Assembly (NCBI GenBank): GCA_947627895.1 | Contig: CANQXV010000002.1 | Coordinates: 1-47,204, forward strand | Length of the DNA stretch: 47,204 nucleotides | Source of the DNA: an uncultured Bacilli bacterium | Lineage (GTDB): Bacteria > Bacillota_I > Bacilli_A > RF39 > UBA660 | Reading direction: 5' to 3' | In this document: piece by piece, positions 17,806 through 26,262 of the stretch | Layout: each line of letters opens with the position of its first letter | Numbering within the stretch: position 1 is the stretch's first letter | Program-made: the position numbers and the translations under genes | Notes under the pieces: generated by a model | The model's database searches: none | What the model was told of the DNA's origin: nothing | Seen by the model: only the letters and a program-made list of their open reading frames with translations

Positions 17806-17872
17806 CATTTTCAATTAAAAAATTGAACTTCTAAATAAATTATGATATATTTAGAAAGAATGGAGTTAGATT

Positions 17873-18532
17873 ATGAAAATTAGCAAATATCTTAACTGTT
17901 TTAAGGGTTTATTAATTTACTTAATCTTAAGCCCTTTTTTAGAAATTATCATTAGTCGCATTATCCATCCGCATGGCTTTTGGTTCTCAAATATCGCTAA
18001 TCTCATTGCCCCCGTCATTACAACATTAGTTCTAGTCATTGTCTTTCAAGATTTTTTTAAGGAGAAGTTCAAAGATTTTCAAAAAAATTGTAGCCAATAT
18101 CTTTCCTTAATTATAAAGTATTGGTTAGTAGGTTACATTTTCATGACTATAACTAATCTTTTAATAAGCTCTATCACTGGAAATATTGCCATAAATGAAG
18201 AAAATAATAGAACTTTGCTTAATAGTTTACCACTTTATTCCATAATTTCAACTATTTTTTTAGCCCCCATCTGCGAAGAACTGGCTTTTAGGGCATCTTT
18301 TAAGGGAATTTCCAAGAATAAAAATGTGGCTTGTTTAATTAGTGCCATTGCTTTTGGCTTAATGCATGTAATTTTTAATGGTGACTTTTTACATTGCATT
18401 CCTTATGCATTCATGGGTTTCTTTTTAGCCAAATCTTATTTTGAAACTGACAACATCCTTTGTTCCATTTTGATGCATTCGTGGCATAACTTATTTTGTA
18501 TAATATTATTATTTTTAGGAGATACGATATGA
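17873..18532 (+). CDS. CPBP (CAAX-like) intramembrane glutamic protease family protein
   Basis: Polytopic protein with motifs EELAFR, FGLMHV and HSWHN in the canonical order. Confidence 0.85.
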   Translation: MKISKYLNCFKGLLIYLILSPFLEIIISRIIHPHGFWFSNIANLIAPVITTLVLVIVFQDFFKEKFKDFQKNCSQYLSLIIKYWLVGYIFMTITNLLISSITGNIAINEENNRTLLNSLPLYSIISTIFLAPICEELAFRASFKGISKNKNVACLISAIAFGLMHVIFNGDFLHCIPYAFMGFFLAKSYFETDNILCSILMHSWHNLFCIILLFLGDTI

Positions 18533-19350
18533 AAAAAATATTTTTCTTAATTTTAGTTTTAATAGCTTTAGTTATTTTATATGGGGCATTTATTGAACCT
18601 TATTCTTTAAAAGTAAATGAAATACCTATTTCTAGTTCTAGTATTTCAACTTCTTTTGATGGTTTTAAAATATTACATTTTTCAGATCTTTTATATGATG
18701 AAAACACTAAAGAAAGCACTTTAGAAAATATTGTTGCTAAAATAAATGAACAAAAACCCGATATTATTATATTTACGGGTGATTTAATAAGTCGTAATTA
18801 TACTTTAAATAACGATGAACAAGAAAAACTAACTACTATTTTAGAAAAGTTAGAAGCAACATTATATAAATATGCCATAATTGGTGATAACGATAATTCT
18901 AAATTAGATATGTATAAAGAAATAATGGATAATGCTAATTTTAAAATTCTTAATGATAATAAAGAATATGTTTTCTATCATGATACAAATCCCATAAAAC
19001 TCGTTGGCATAACTGATACTGATAATATAAGTGATGCGTTAACTGATGAAGAAGAAATAACCCCCGTTTATACAATTGGGCTTACACATTATCCCGATAA
19101 TATTGATAAAATGCTAGATTATCCCTTTGATTTAATTCTATCAGGTCACTACACGGGGGGAATTGTTCGTATTCCTTTCTATGGACCAATATTTAATAAA
19201 GAACATGTCGGTAATTATAAAGAACCATATTATAAAGTAAACGATACTAATATTTATATTTCTAATGGTTTAGGTAATGAAGACTTTACCTTTAGGTTAT
19301 TTAATACCCCATCCATCAATTTATATCGTTTAGAAAAAGCAGAAGACTAG
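18529..19350 (+). CDS. Membrane-anchored calcineurin-like metallophosphoesterase homolog (YkuE/COG1408-like) with substituted metal ligands
   Basis: Start moved to the ATG at 18529 (SD AGGAG, ATGA overlap with the CPBP stop). Motifs read as HFSDLL, FTGDL, IGDNDN, LTHYP and SGHYTGG, versus the canonical DxH, GDxxD, GNHD, H and GHTHGG. Confidence 0.7.
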   Translation: MKKIFFLILVLIALVILYGAFIEPYSLKVNEIPISSSSISTSFDGFKILHFSDLLYDENTKESTLENIVAKINEQKPDIIIFTGDLISRNYTLNNDEQEKLTTILEKLEATLYKYAIIGDNDNSKLDMYKEIMDNANFKILNDNKEYVFYHDTNPIKLVGITDTDNISDALTDEEEITPVYTIGLTHYPDNIDKMLDYPFDLILSGHYTGGIVRIPFYGPIFNKEHVGNYKEPYYKVNDTNIYISNGLGNEDFTFRLFNTPSINLYRLEKAED

Positions 19351-19352
19351 CC

Positions 19353-20219
19353 TTATTTCTTTAAAGCTAGTCTTTTAATATAAAAATCGGTATTAGGAAC
19401 TTGAAAAGCATACATGCGATACTTTTTGGCTAGTTTATATAACTCATCTTGCATATAAAAACCTTCATCAGTAGGACTAAGAGTAGATGCTACTTTATTT
19501 TTAAATTCTTCGTCCTCTATTCCTAAGATATTAAATATTTCTGTTAAAGTAATTGTTCCTTGTGGCGTTTGGACTCCAATCGAATTTAAATCAATATTAA
19601 AAATAAATAAGAAGATTAAATAAACTAAACTGACCTTATCAAGTTCTGGTGAAAAATGATTTTCCCAGGGCATAAATTTTGGATTTTGCATAAAGTAATT
19701 AATATCACCAAGGGATGTTGAAGTCATAATAGTACGGTCTTCTATTCCTACTTGCATTCCATCATAATCAACAAAGCAGATCTCACCACCCGGTTTAACC
19801 ATAATATTATCGAGTGTTAATAAATCCGGGATGACTATTCCCACCCTATTAGCCTTTATTACGATATTTTCAATTTGGGAATATAAAAAATAATAAAAAT
19901 TTAAATCACTTCTTTGTATTAAACTAAAGGTCTGTTCATATTGATTTAAATTACAACCTGGTACATATTCCATGGTATAACCACAACAAAAACTCTTATC
20001 ATAAACTATACTTTGAGGCCCCACGATATCTTTTAAACCTAAAGTGCTTTTTCTATATAACCTACTTTCATAATCACATCCCGCGACCCGATTAACATGA
20101 TGCAAAAATGGTTTAATTTGTTTAAAAATACGACCGTCAGCAAGAGTATATAAAATAGCATTATCACCCTGATACATTATTTGTTGTTTTTTTAAATCGC
20201 TGATATTTTCTCTTAACAT
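19353..20219 (-). CDS. Atypical protein-kinase-like fold protein
   Basis: Start moved to the ATG at 20219 (SD AGAGGGA). Kinase-like elements are RIFKQIK (beta3 Lys), GYTMEYVPG (hinge), IPDLLTLDNIMV (catalytic-loop D..N), FVDYDG (DFG-like) and DKVSLVYL. Confidence 0.5.
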   Translation of the reverse strand: MLRENISDLKKQQIMYQGDNAILYTLADGRIFKQIKPFLHHVNRVAGCDYESRLYRKSTLGLKDIVGPQSIVYDKSFCCGYTMEYVPGCNLNQYEQTFSLIQRSDLNFYYFLYSQIENIVIKANRVGIVIPDLLTLDNIMVKPGGEICFVDYDGMQVGIEDRTIMTSTSLGDINYFMQNPKFMPWENHFSPELDKVSLVYLIFLFIFNIDLNSIGVQTPQGTITLTEIFNILGIEDEEFKNKVASTLSPTDEGFYMQDELYKLAKKYRMYAFQVPNTDFYIKRLALKK

Positions 20220-20274
20220 AATTTTCCCTCTTTTTAGCAAAGTTATTTTATTAAAAAGTATTTCAAAAGTCAAA

Positions 20275-22116
20275 TTATATTTTTAAGCCCCCTAAATTAT
20301 TTTCTTCTTCAAAATCCATACCTGATAGTACATACTCCGTCATATTATTTAAAAATTGACCTTTTTTAAGTTTATAATCTTTCTTATGAATAACTACGAT
20401 TGGTAAGCCGCTTCTTTTAGCTTCTTCTAAACTAGCCTCATCAATAATATCAAAACAGATAATATAATCCGGCTTAACTTGTAAAAATTTATTAGTTTTC
20501 GCATCATACTCATTCTTAATTTGAATTTCATTCATAACCCCAGATGCAAGTATTTCCTCTGGTCTTTGAATCCTATTAATATAAGGTGTTACTCCTCCAT
20601 TTAGGGAATCTCCGCTTCCCGCATCTCTTTCTAAAACATGAGCAACATTTGCAATATTAAAGTTCTTAAAACCATATATTAAACTTCGTTCATTAAAAAC
20701 ACTAAGGTTAGTTGAACCAATTAAACTATAGCATTTCCGATACCGATGAGCAAAATCATTTTTTAAAGGTCTTTGACAACTAACAAGGGCCATAAAATCT
20801 TCTCCTTTTAATTCGTAAACATCCATGCCTAAAGATTTAGACAAATTGCTATTTTTCAATTCAGCATGATGATCTAAATCTAAACAACTTTCTTTTATTT
20901 GTTGGTAAGAAGCATTTTTGCTTTTGCGCATGGCATCATAAAACATTGCCATAAGACCCACAGTTTTATATTGTTCATAAAAAATCATAATTTCTTTACT
21001 ATCGCTATTTAATAAATCTAAAACTTGGCTAAATAATTCTACCTCTTCCGTTGTTAATATTTCATCTTTAGAGGCTTCATTATAATTTAACATTTCGTTA
21101 ATATTTAGAAACACATTTTTTAAAGTATCGCCAAAAAGGCGGTTCATAACTAAATTAAGAATCAACTTCTTTGTCGCTTGTTCTGGAGTTATTCTAGAAT
21201 AATAACTATAGAAGCCTTTAAGATAGTTACTTAAAAGGGAATTATCATCCCGAGGAGCTTTAATGGTATTTGTTACTTCATCAAAAGATGTAAGTAAGGA
21301 GTCCATTAAATTTTCTTTTTGCATCTTTAAATAACTAACATTATTATGTTCCCCTAAAGAGGCAATTGTCTCATCCATTTTACTAAAAGTTAAAGCCATA
21401 ACATACCGTTTAAAAAAATTAGAATTTTCGAAATACTCTTTAGGAACCGAAAAACGATGCATTAAATTAAAAACATTACCATCAGTTAAACCCAGTGAAT
21501 TATTTTTGACATAATCTTCGCCTATTTGAGGATCCAAAAAATCTAATAAACGCACTTTAGTATCGTTATTTTCTATTCCATCTAAAAATCTTTTTTGATC
21601 TTCTTTACTTATGTTTGTTGCCAAAAAATTTAAAACAATTAATTCTAAATAAATATTATTGGCATTCGCATAATTAATCAATTTTAAACAAAAATCAAAA
21701 TTAAAAATAAGTTCACTATAAATATATTGAGCTTGACTTAAAAAGAAATTTAAAAATTCTTCATTTGCAAATATTTCTTTTTGAAAAGATTCAACATCAC
21801 TTCTTATAAAAGCCAAAATATAAACATAAGATTTTTTATCTTGTCTTTGTTTTAGCCGTTCTAAAAATTCACCATGCATATATGGTAATAAATCTTGAAA
21901 AGAAAAAACACGTGTCACTTGCTCAAATTTCCAAATACTTGTATAAGCATCATCAAGTAAAAATAATTTATCTAAAAATTTAGGATCTTTTAAATAACTT
22001 AATTTAGTATTATTATCTATCTCACCTAATTTCATTATAAACTCATCATAAGGATATTCAAGTAAAGTTGTAGACGAAGGTACATTTAAAGGTTCTAAAA
22101 ATTCAATATCATCCAT
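20275..22116 (-). CDS. Hypothetical 613 aa protein (helical N-terminal two-thirds, alpha/beta C-terminal domain)
   Basis: Long ORF with SD AAGGAG, no TM or signal peptide, and no family recognised by eye. The kinase-like gene follows 55 nt downstream. Confidence 0.6.
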   Translation of the reverse strand: MDDIEFLEPLNVPSSTTLLEYPYDEFIMKLGEIDNNTKLSYLKDPKFLDKLFLLDDAYTSIWKFEQVTRVFSFQDLLPYMHGEFLERLKQRQDKKSYVYILAFIRSDVESFQKEIFANEEFLNFFLSQAQYIYSELIFNFDFCLKLINYANANNIYLELIVLNFLATNISKEDQKRFLDGIENNDTKVRLLDFLDPQIGEDYVKNNSLGLTDGNVFNLMHRFSVPKEYFENSNFFKRYVMALTFSKMDETIASLGEHNNVSYLKMQKENLMDSLLTSFDEVTNTIKAPRDDNSLLSNYLKGFYSYYSRITPEQATKKLILNLVMNRLFGDTLKNVFLNINEMLNYNEASKDEILTTEEVELFSQVLDLLNSDSKEIMIFYEQYKTVGLMAMFYDAMRKSKNASYQQIKESCLDLDHHAELKNSNLSKSLGMDVYELKGEDFMALVSCQRPLKNDFAHRYRKCYSLIGSTNLSVFNERSLIYGFKNFNIANVAHVLERDAGSGDSLNGGVTPYINRIQRPEEILASGVMNEIQIKNEYDAKTNKFLQVKPDYIICFDIIDEASLEEAKRSGLPIVVIHKKDYKLKKGQFLNNMTEYVLSGMDFEEENNLGGLKI

Positions 22117-22155
22117 TTACCATCTACTCCTTTAGATTATCATAACAAATATTTA

Positions 22156-22185
22156 GCATAAAGAAAAGGTAAAAATTCCATACTA
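22156..22185 (+). promoter_or_regulatory. Sigma-G-type forespore promoter upstream of ku
   Basis: GCATA (22156-22160), 18 nt spacer, CATACTA (22179-22185). This fits the GHATR-N17/18-CATXHTA consensus. It lies 16 nt upstream of the ku start. Confidence 0.55.
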
Positions 22186-22201
22186 ATTATGGTGATAACA
22201 A

Positions 22202-22957
22202 GTGAATTATCAAAGTGCTATTTCCTTTGGTTTAGTAAATATTCCCGTTATTTTAAACTCCGCGATTAAAGATAATAATGTAACCTTTAATCTTTTACAT
22301 AAAAAATGTGATACGAGATTAGAATTTATTAGATATTGTCCCCATTGTAATAAAAAAGTAACTAATGATGAAATAGTTAAAGGTTACGAATACACGGATA
22401 ATTCTTATATAACTTTTAGTAATGATGAATTTGCTAAATTAAAAGACCAAAATGATAAAACGATTGAAATAATTGCCTTTGTTGATTTAAAAGAAATTGA
22501 TCCCGTTTATTATGATAAAAGTTATTGTCTTACGCCTAATAAAAGTGAAAAAGCTTTTGAATTATTAAAAGAAGCTTTACGCCAAAGTGGTAAAGTTGCT
22601 ATTGCAAAAACTTATCTTCATAACCGACTTTACTATGTTGCCATTCGTTTTGGTTATAAAAATATTATTATGAATACTTTATATTATGAAGAAGAGGTAA
22701 AACTCCAAAAAGAAAAAAATAAGCAAACTTTTAGTGACCAAGAATTAAAAATGGCGATGAAATTAATTGATAACTTAACTACGAAATTTAAACCGGAAAA
22801 TTATAAAGATGAATATCAAAATAGGATTAAGGAAGCAATTAATAAAAAAGCAAAGGGGCAAAAAGTAAAAACAGTGAAACATAAGAAAACTAAATCCATT
22901 GATGATTTATATAAAGCTTTAGAAGCCTCTTTAAAAGGAAAAAATGAAAAAAAGTGA
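22202..22957 (+). CDS. ku: Ku protein (non-homologous end joining)
   Basis: N-terminus AISFGLVNIPV, the KGYEY segment and a Lys-rich C-terminal tail are typical of bacterial Ku. GTG start with SD GGTGA. Confidence 0.9.
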   Translation: MNYQSAISFGLVNIPVILNSAIKDNNVTFNLLHKKCDTRLEFIRYCPHCNKKVTNDEIVKGYEYTDNSYITFSNDEFAKLKDQNDKTIEIIAFVDLKEIDPVYYDKSYCLTPNKSEKAFELLKEALRQSGKVAIAKTYLHNRLYYVAIRFGYKNIIMNTLYYEEEVKLQKEKNKQTFSDQELKMAMKLIDNLTTKFKPENYKDEYQNRIKEAINKKAKGQKVKTVKHKKTKSIDDLYKALEASLKGKNEKK

Positions 22958-23825
22958 TTTTTTAAATCTACGACCTATGCTTTTAGAAGAAATTCCTAAA
23001 CCTTTTAATAGTAAAGATTATCTTTTTGAAATAAAATTTGATGGTTTTAGATCCTTAATTTATTTAGATAAGAAAACTATAATTGTTTTAAGTCGTAATG
23101 GATTAATCTTAAATGATATATTTCCTGAACTTTTAAGTCTTAAAAGTTTAATTAAAGAACCATGTATTTTAGATGGTGAAATCATCTATTGGGATAACGC
23201 TAAACCTAACTTTAAAGTTTTACAAGAACGCTTATCTTTAAAAAATAAAAATAAAATAGCTTTATTAAGTGAAAATATGCCTGTTACCTTTATGGCTTTT
23301 GATATTTTAGAATACCAAAATAAAGATTTAACAAATATGCCGCTTATTGAACGCAAAAAAATATTGGATACTTTCCCGGAAAATAATTTATTTAAAATAT
23401 CTAAGTATTTTTTAGAGAAAGGCTGTGAACTATTCAAAGTAATTAAAAAAATGGATTTAGAAGGAATAGTTGCGAAAAAAATTATGAGTTCCTATACTTA
23501 TGAAAAAAGAAGTAACAACTGGATTAAAATTAAAAATTGGCAGGCTGATTATTTTTATATTGGAGGTTTTTCGTTAAATAAAAATAATACCTTAAGTCTT
23601 TATTTAGGTAAAAAAGAAAATAAAAATTTATTCTTTGTAGGTAAAATTTCCATAAGTTCAAGACATGAACTTTATCAAAAAATATTAAAAAAGAAAGTGA
23701 TAAAAAAATCACCATTTATAAATTATAGTGATTCTAATTGTTATTATTTAAAACCTGCTGAAGAAATTTATGTTTATTATACCGCCATAACTAAAAATAA
23801 AAAATTAAGGCATCCCAAACTTTAA
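22944..23825 (+). CDS. ligD: ATP-dependent DNA ligase, ligase domain only (LigD-type without polymerase or phosphoesterase domains)
   Basis: Motif I EIKFDGFR (KxDG), motif FMAFDIL, EGIVAKK and WIKIK (motif V-like). Overlaps the ku stop by 14 nt. Confidence 0.85.
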   Translation: MKKSDFLNLRPMLLEEIPKPFNSKDYLFEIKFDGFRSLIYLDKKTIIVLSRNGLILNDIFPELLSLKSLIKEPCILDGEIIYWDNAKPNFKVLQERLSLKNKNKIALLSENMPVTFMAFDILEYQNKDLTNMPLIERKKILDTFPENNLFKISKYFLEKGCELFKVIKKMDLEGIVAKKIMSSYTYEKRSNNWIKIKNWQADYFYIGGFSLNKNNTLSLYLGKKENKNLFFVGKISISSRHELYQKILKKKVIKKSPFINYSDSNCYYLKPAEEIYVYYTAITKNKKLRHPKL

Positions 23826-24229
23826 CGGCCTCCAAAATTGTTTTCTCGTCTTTGGTCTATATAACTAAGTTTTTGACCTTCACTTAATCTTAAAAATTCA
23901 CATATTTCTAATAATTTTGTTTTAACATCGCTATCATTTAATTTTTGAGCCGCCACATAATTTAAAATAAAATTAGTATCAAAATAAGGACCAAATTGTT
24001 TGGACCGACTAATACTCATACATACTGACATTAAATAATCGCGCACTTTGGCTTCGTCAGGTGTTACATCTAAACTTAATAAAGTACTAATTAAATCATG
24101 AATATAAAGTCCAATTGATAAGTTATCAAGATCTTCACTGAAAGAAGAGATGAAAGGACCTTCCTTTATTCCCTCAGGATCATCTCCTAGTTCCATGCCT
24201 CTTTTACTAAATCCTTCTAAATTACTCAT
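23822..24229 (-). CDS. Hypothetical cytoplasmic protein (135 aa)
   Basis: SD AAAAGGAG, 11 nt downstream of rluB on the same strand. Its stop overlaps the ligase stop convergently. No family recognised. Confidence 0.55.
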   Translation of the reverse strand: MSNLEGFSKRGMELGDDPEGIKEGPFISSFSEDLDNLSIGLYIHDLISTLLSLDVTPDEAKVRDYLMSVCMSISRSKQFGPYFDTNFILNYVAAQKLNDSDVKTKLLEICEFLRLSEGQKLSYIDQRRENNFGGR

Positions 24230-24240
24230 CGTTACTCCTT

Positions 24241-24951
24241 TTATAAACTATAAAATTTCTTTACTTCTTTAATTGATAAAGAACGATATTCGCCTGATTT
24301 TAAATTATCAAGTGTTAGAAAACCATAACCAATTCGACTAAGTTTTATAACCGGTAGCTTTAATTCACCAAATAACTTTTTAATAATATGATTACGACCT
24401 TCCACAATGGTTACTTCTACTAAAGAAGTATTTTTTTCATAGTCTTTTCTCTTAACTTTTATTCTCTTAATCTCAACTTTTCTATTTTCAATAACTATTC
24501 CCTGTTTTAATTTAGTTAAATGTTCCGGAATAATAATACCTTCAACTTTAGCCACATAAGTTTTAGGTATTTCAAACGAAGGATGCATTAAATGATTAGC
24601 AAAATCACCATCATTAGTTAAGATAATTAAACCGGTCGTATTGTAATCAAGTCTTCCAATCGGATAAATTCTGGCTTCCGTTTTAATTAAATCAACAACT
24701 GTTCTTCGTCCTTCTTCATCATGAGCACTACTAATAACACCACGAGGTTTATTTAAAAGATAATATTCATAATTAACATTTTTATTTATTAAAACATCAT
24801 CAATGGCAATTAAAGCATCACCATCAACTTTCGTTCCAAGTTCAGTTACAACTTCGCCATTAACTTTAACCCGACCAGCAGTAATTAAATCTTCTGCTTT
24901 GCGTCTTGAAGTATAACCTAAATTGGCAATTACTTTTTGTAATCGTTCCAT
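24241..24951 (-). CDS. rluB: Pseudouridine synthase, RsuA/RluB family
   Basis: S4 domain N-terminus (RLQKVIANLGYTSRRKAEDLI..GRVKVNG) and catalytic motif IGRLDYNTTGLIILTNDG. Confidence 0.9.
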   Translation of the reverse strand: MERLQKVIANLGYTSRRKAEDLITAGRVKVNGEVVTELGTKVDGDALIAIDDVLINKNVNYEYYLLNKPRGVISSAHDEEGRRTVVDLIKTEARIYPIGRLDYNTTGLIILTNDGDFANHLMHPSFEIPKTYVAKVEGIIIPEHLTKLKQGIVIENRKVEIKRIKVKRKDYEKNTSLVEVTIVEGRNHIIKKLFGELKLPVIKLSRIGYGFLTLDNLKSGEYRSLSIKEVKKFYSL

Positions 24952-24979
24952 ATAACCACCAATTAAAGTTTATCATAAA

Positions 24980-26197
24980 TTAATAAGAAATTAAAGTTAT
25001 ACGCGCATAGCCATCACCTTTTTTAGCGTATTGGCTTACTGGGTCTTCACTAACATTATCAGTTGTATAGGTTCGAGTATCTTCTTCCGTACTTTCAGTA
25101 CATTGATAACAATACATAGCTTTATTTGTTAATAACCAATTACCTATGTATCCAGAACCTCCGCCACCACCACCATGGCCTCGGGTACTTCCGCCTCCTC
25201 CATATAAGCCGCCTCCTCCGCCAGCTCCACCAAGGCCACCTGAATGATAATTACCACCCTGTCCAAATGAACCTAATGCCGTATCGTTTTTAAATACTAT
25301 ATCATCGCCAGGACTTTCTTGTGTTCCACCAGTACCAACATATGTATTTCCTAGTGGATTCGCTCCATAATTTCCTTGTATTCCTCCTCCTGAACCCCCT
25401 AGATTACCATTTTGTAAATATACATTTCCATAATTATCGAAAGCACCTCCATTGCCACCGCCGCCCCCAGCAACAATCAAAATTTTATCTCTTTCATTTT
25501 CTAAATCCTTAAGAAGACTATTTATAGTTGATATATGTGTAGCTCCTCCCCCACCAAAAGCATATAGACCATTATTACCTATTCCATCACCGCCACCATT
25601 ATATCCTCCTTTATATGTTTTAAATTGTCCTCCTTCTGTTTTACCTGTTCCATCATATCCTTCTCCTTGGCCGCCAACATATACATATAGTGTTTCACCT
25701 TTTTTTAATGTTATTTCTCCAGATGAATATCCACCAAAACCTCCTGTCTCGGTTATTTCTGGAACATCATCTATTCCTCCTTGGGCACCCCACACCTCTA
25801 GTTTATAAGTTCCGTCAAATGGCACATTAAATTCTTGTGGTGTCTCCGTAAAACCAAAATTGTATGTTTTAGGTTTATCAAAATAAACATAACATTTATC
25901 ACTGGTAGTTGTATTCACTATTATTTTGTTATCTTTCCATGATAAGGTACTGCCATTTTCACACTTACTTAAATAAGGATTAAACATATAATCTTGTTTA
26001 GGCCAAGTATTACTTAAAGATTTCTCATATTCATCACTGTTTTCATCTTTTTGAAGCATAATACTTAACATATCATTGGTATTATCATATTCACTATCAA
26101 AAACTATCCTTTTATGGTGCATGCTATACATTGTTACACCTACGATTGATAAAGTAAATAACATTCCTAATATAAATGAAACCATTATTTTTTTCAT
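24980..26197 (-). CDS. Membrane-anchored glycine-rich protein (Gly_rich / ALK-LTK GRD-like domain)
   Basis: Start moved to the ATG at 26197 (SD AAGGTGA). TM IMVSFILGMLFTLSIVGV. Motifs FNVPFDGTYKLEVWGAQGG, LYVYVGGQG, GGGGATHI and ILIVAGGGGGNGG, followed by long poly-Gly runs. Confidence 0.75.
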   Translation of the reverse strand: MKKIMVSFILGMLFTLSIVGVTMYSMHHKRIVFDSEYDNTNDMLSIMLQKDENSDEYEKSLSNTWPKQDYMFNPYLSKCENGSTLSWKDNKIIVNTTTSDKCYVYFDKPKTYNFGFTETPQEFNVPFDGTYKLEVWGAQGGIDDVPEITETGGFGGYSSGEITLKKGETLYVYVGGQGEGYDGTGKTEGGQFKTYKGGYNGGGDGIGNNGLYAFGGGGATHISTINSLLKDLENERDKILIVAGGGGGNGGAFDNYGNVYLQNGNLGGSGGGIQGNYGANPLGNTYVGTGGTQESPGDDIVFKNDTALGSFGQGGNYHSGGLGGAGGGGGLYGGGGSTRGHGGGGGGSGYIGNWLLTNKAMYCYQCTESTEEDTRTYTTDNVSEDPVSQYAKKGDGYARITLISY

Positions 26198-26231
26198 ATG
26201 TATCACCTTACTATTTTAAAAGCATTATATC

Positions 26232-26262
26232 ACAAAAGTACGACTATTAGTAGTACTTTTGT
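26232..26262. promoter_or_regulatory. Perfect 10-bp inverted repeat in the divergent XRE / glycine-rich gene promoter region
   Basis: ACAAAAGTAC-N11-GTACTTTTGT read directly. Confidence 0.5.

Noticed and set aside
18496-18528. Upstream extensions of track ORFs: 18496 for the phosphoesterase, 20273 for the kinase-like gene, 26206 for the Gly-rich gene, 33718 for the XRE gene, 36518 for copZ and 28726 for dacB
   Set aside because: In each case an internal ATG a few codons downstream has a proper GGAG/GGTGA-type SD at a 5-9 nt spacing, often with ATGA coupling. The longer start has none.
25452-25808. 118 aa proline-rich ORF (PPPPPATIK…) on the plus strand
   Set aside because: It is the antisense reading of the Gly-codon runs (GGN versus NCC) of the glycine-rich gene at 24980-26197. 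It has no SD and no independent support.
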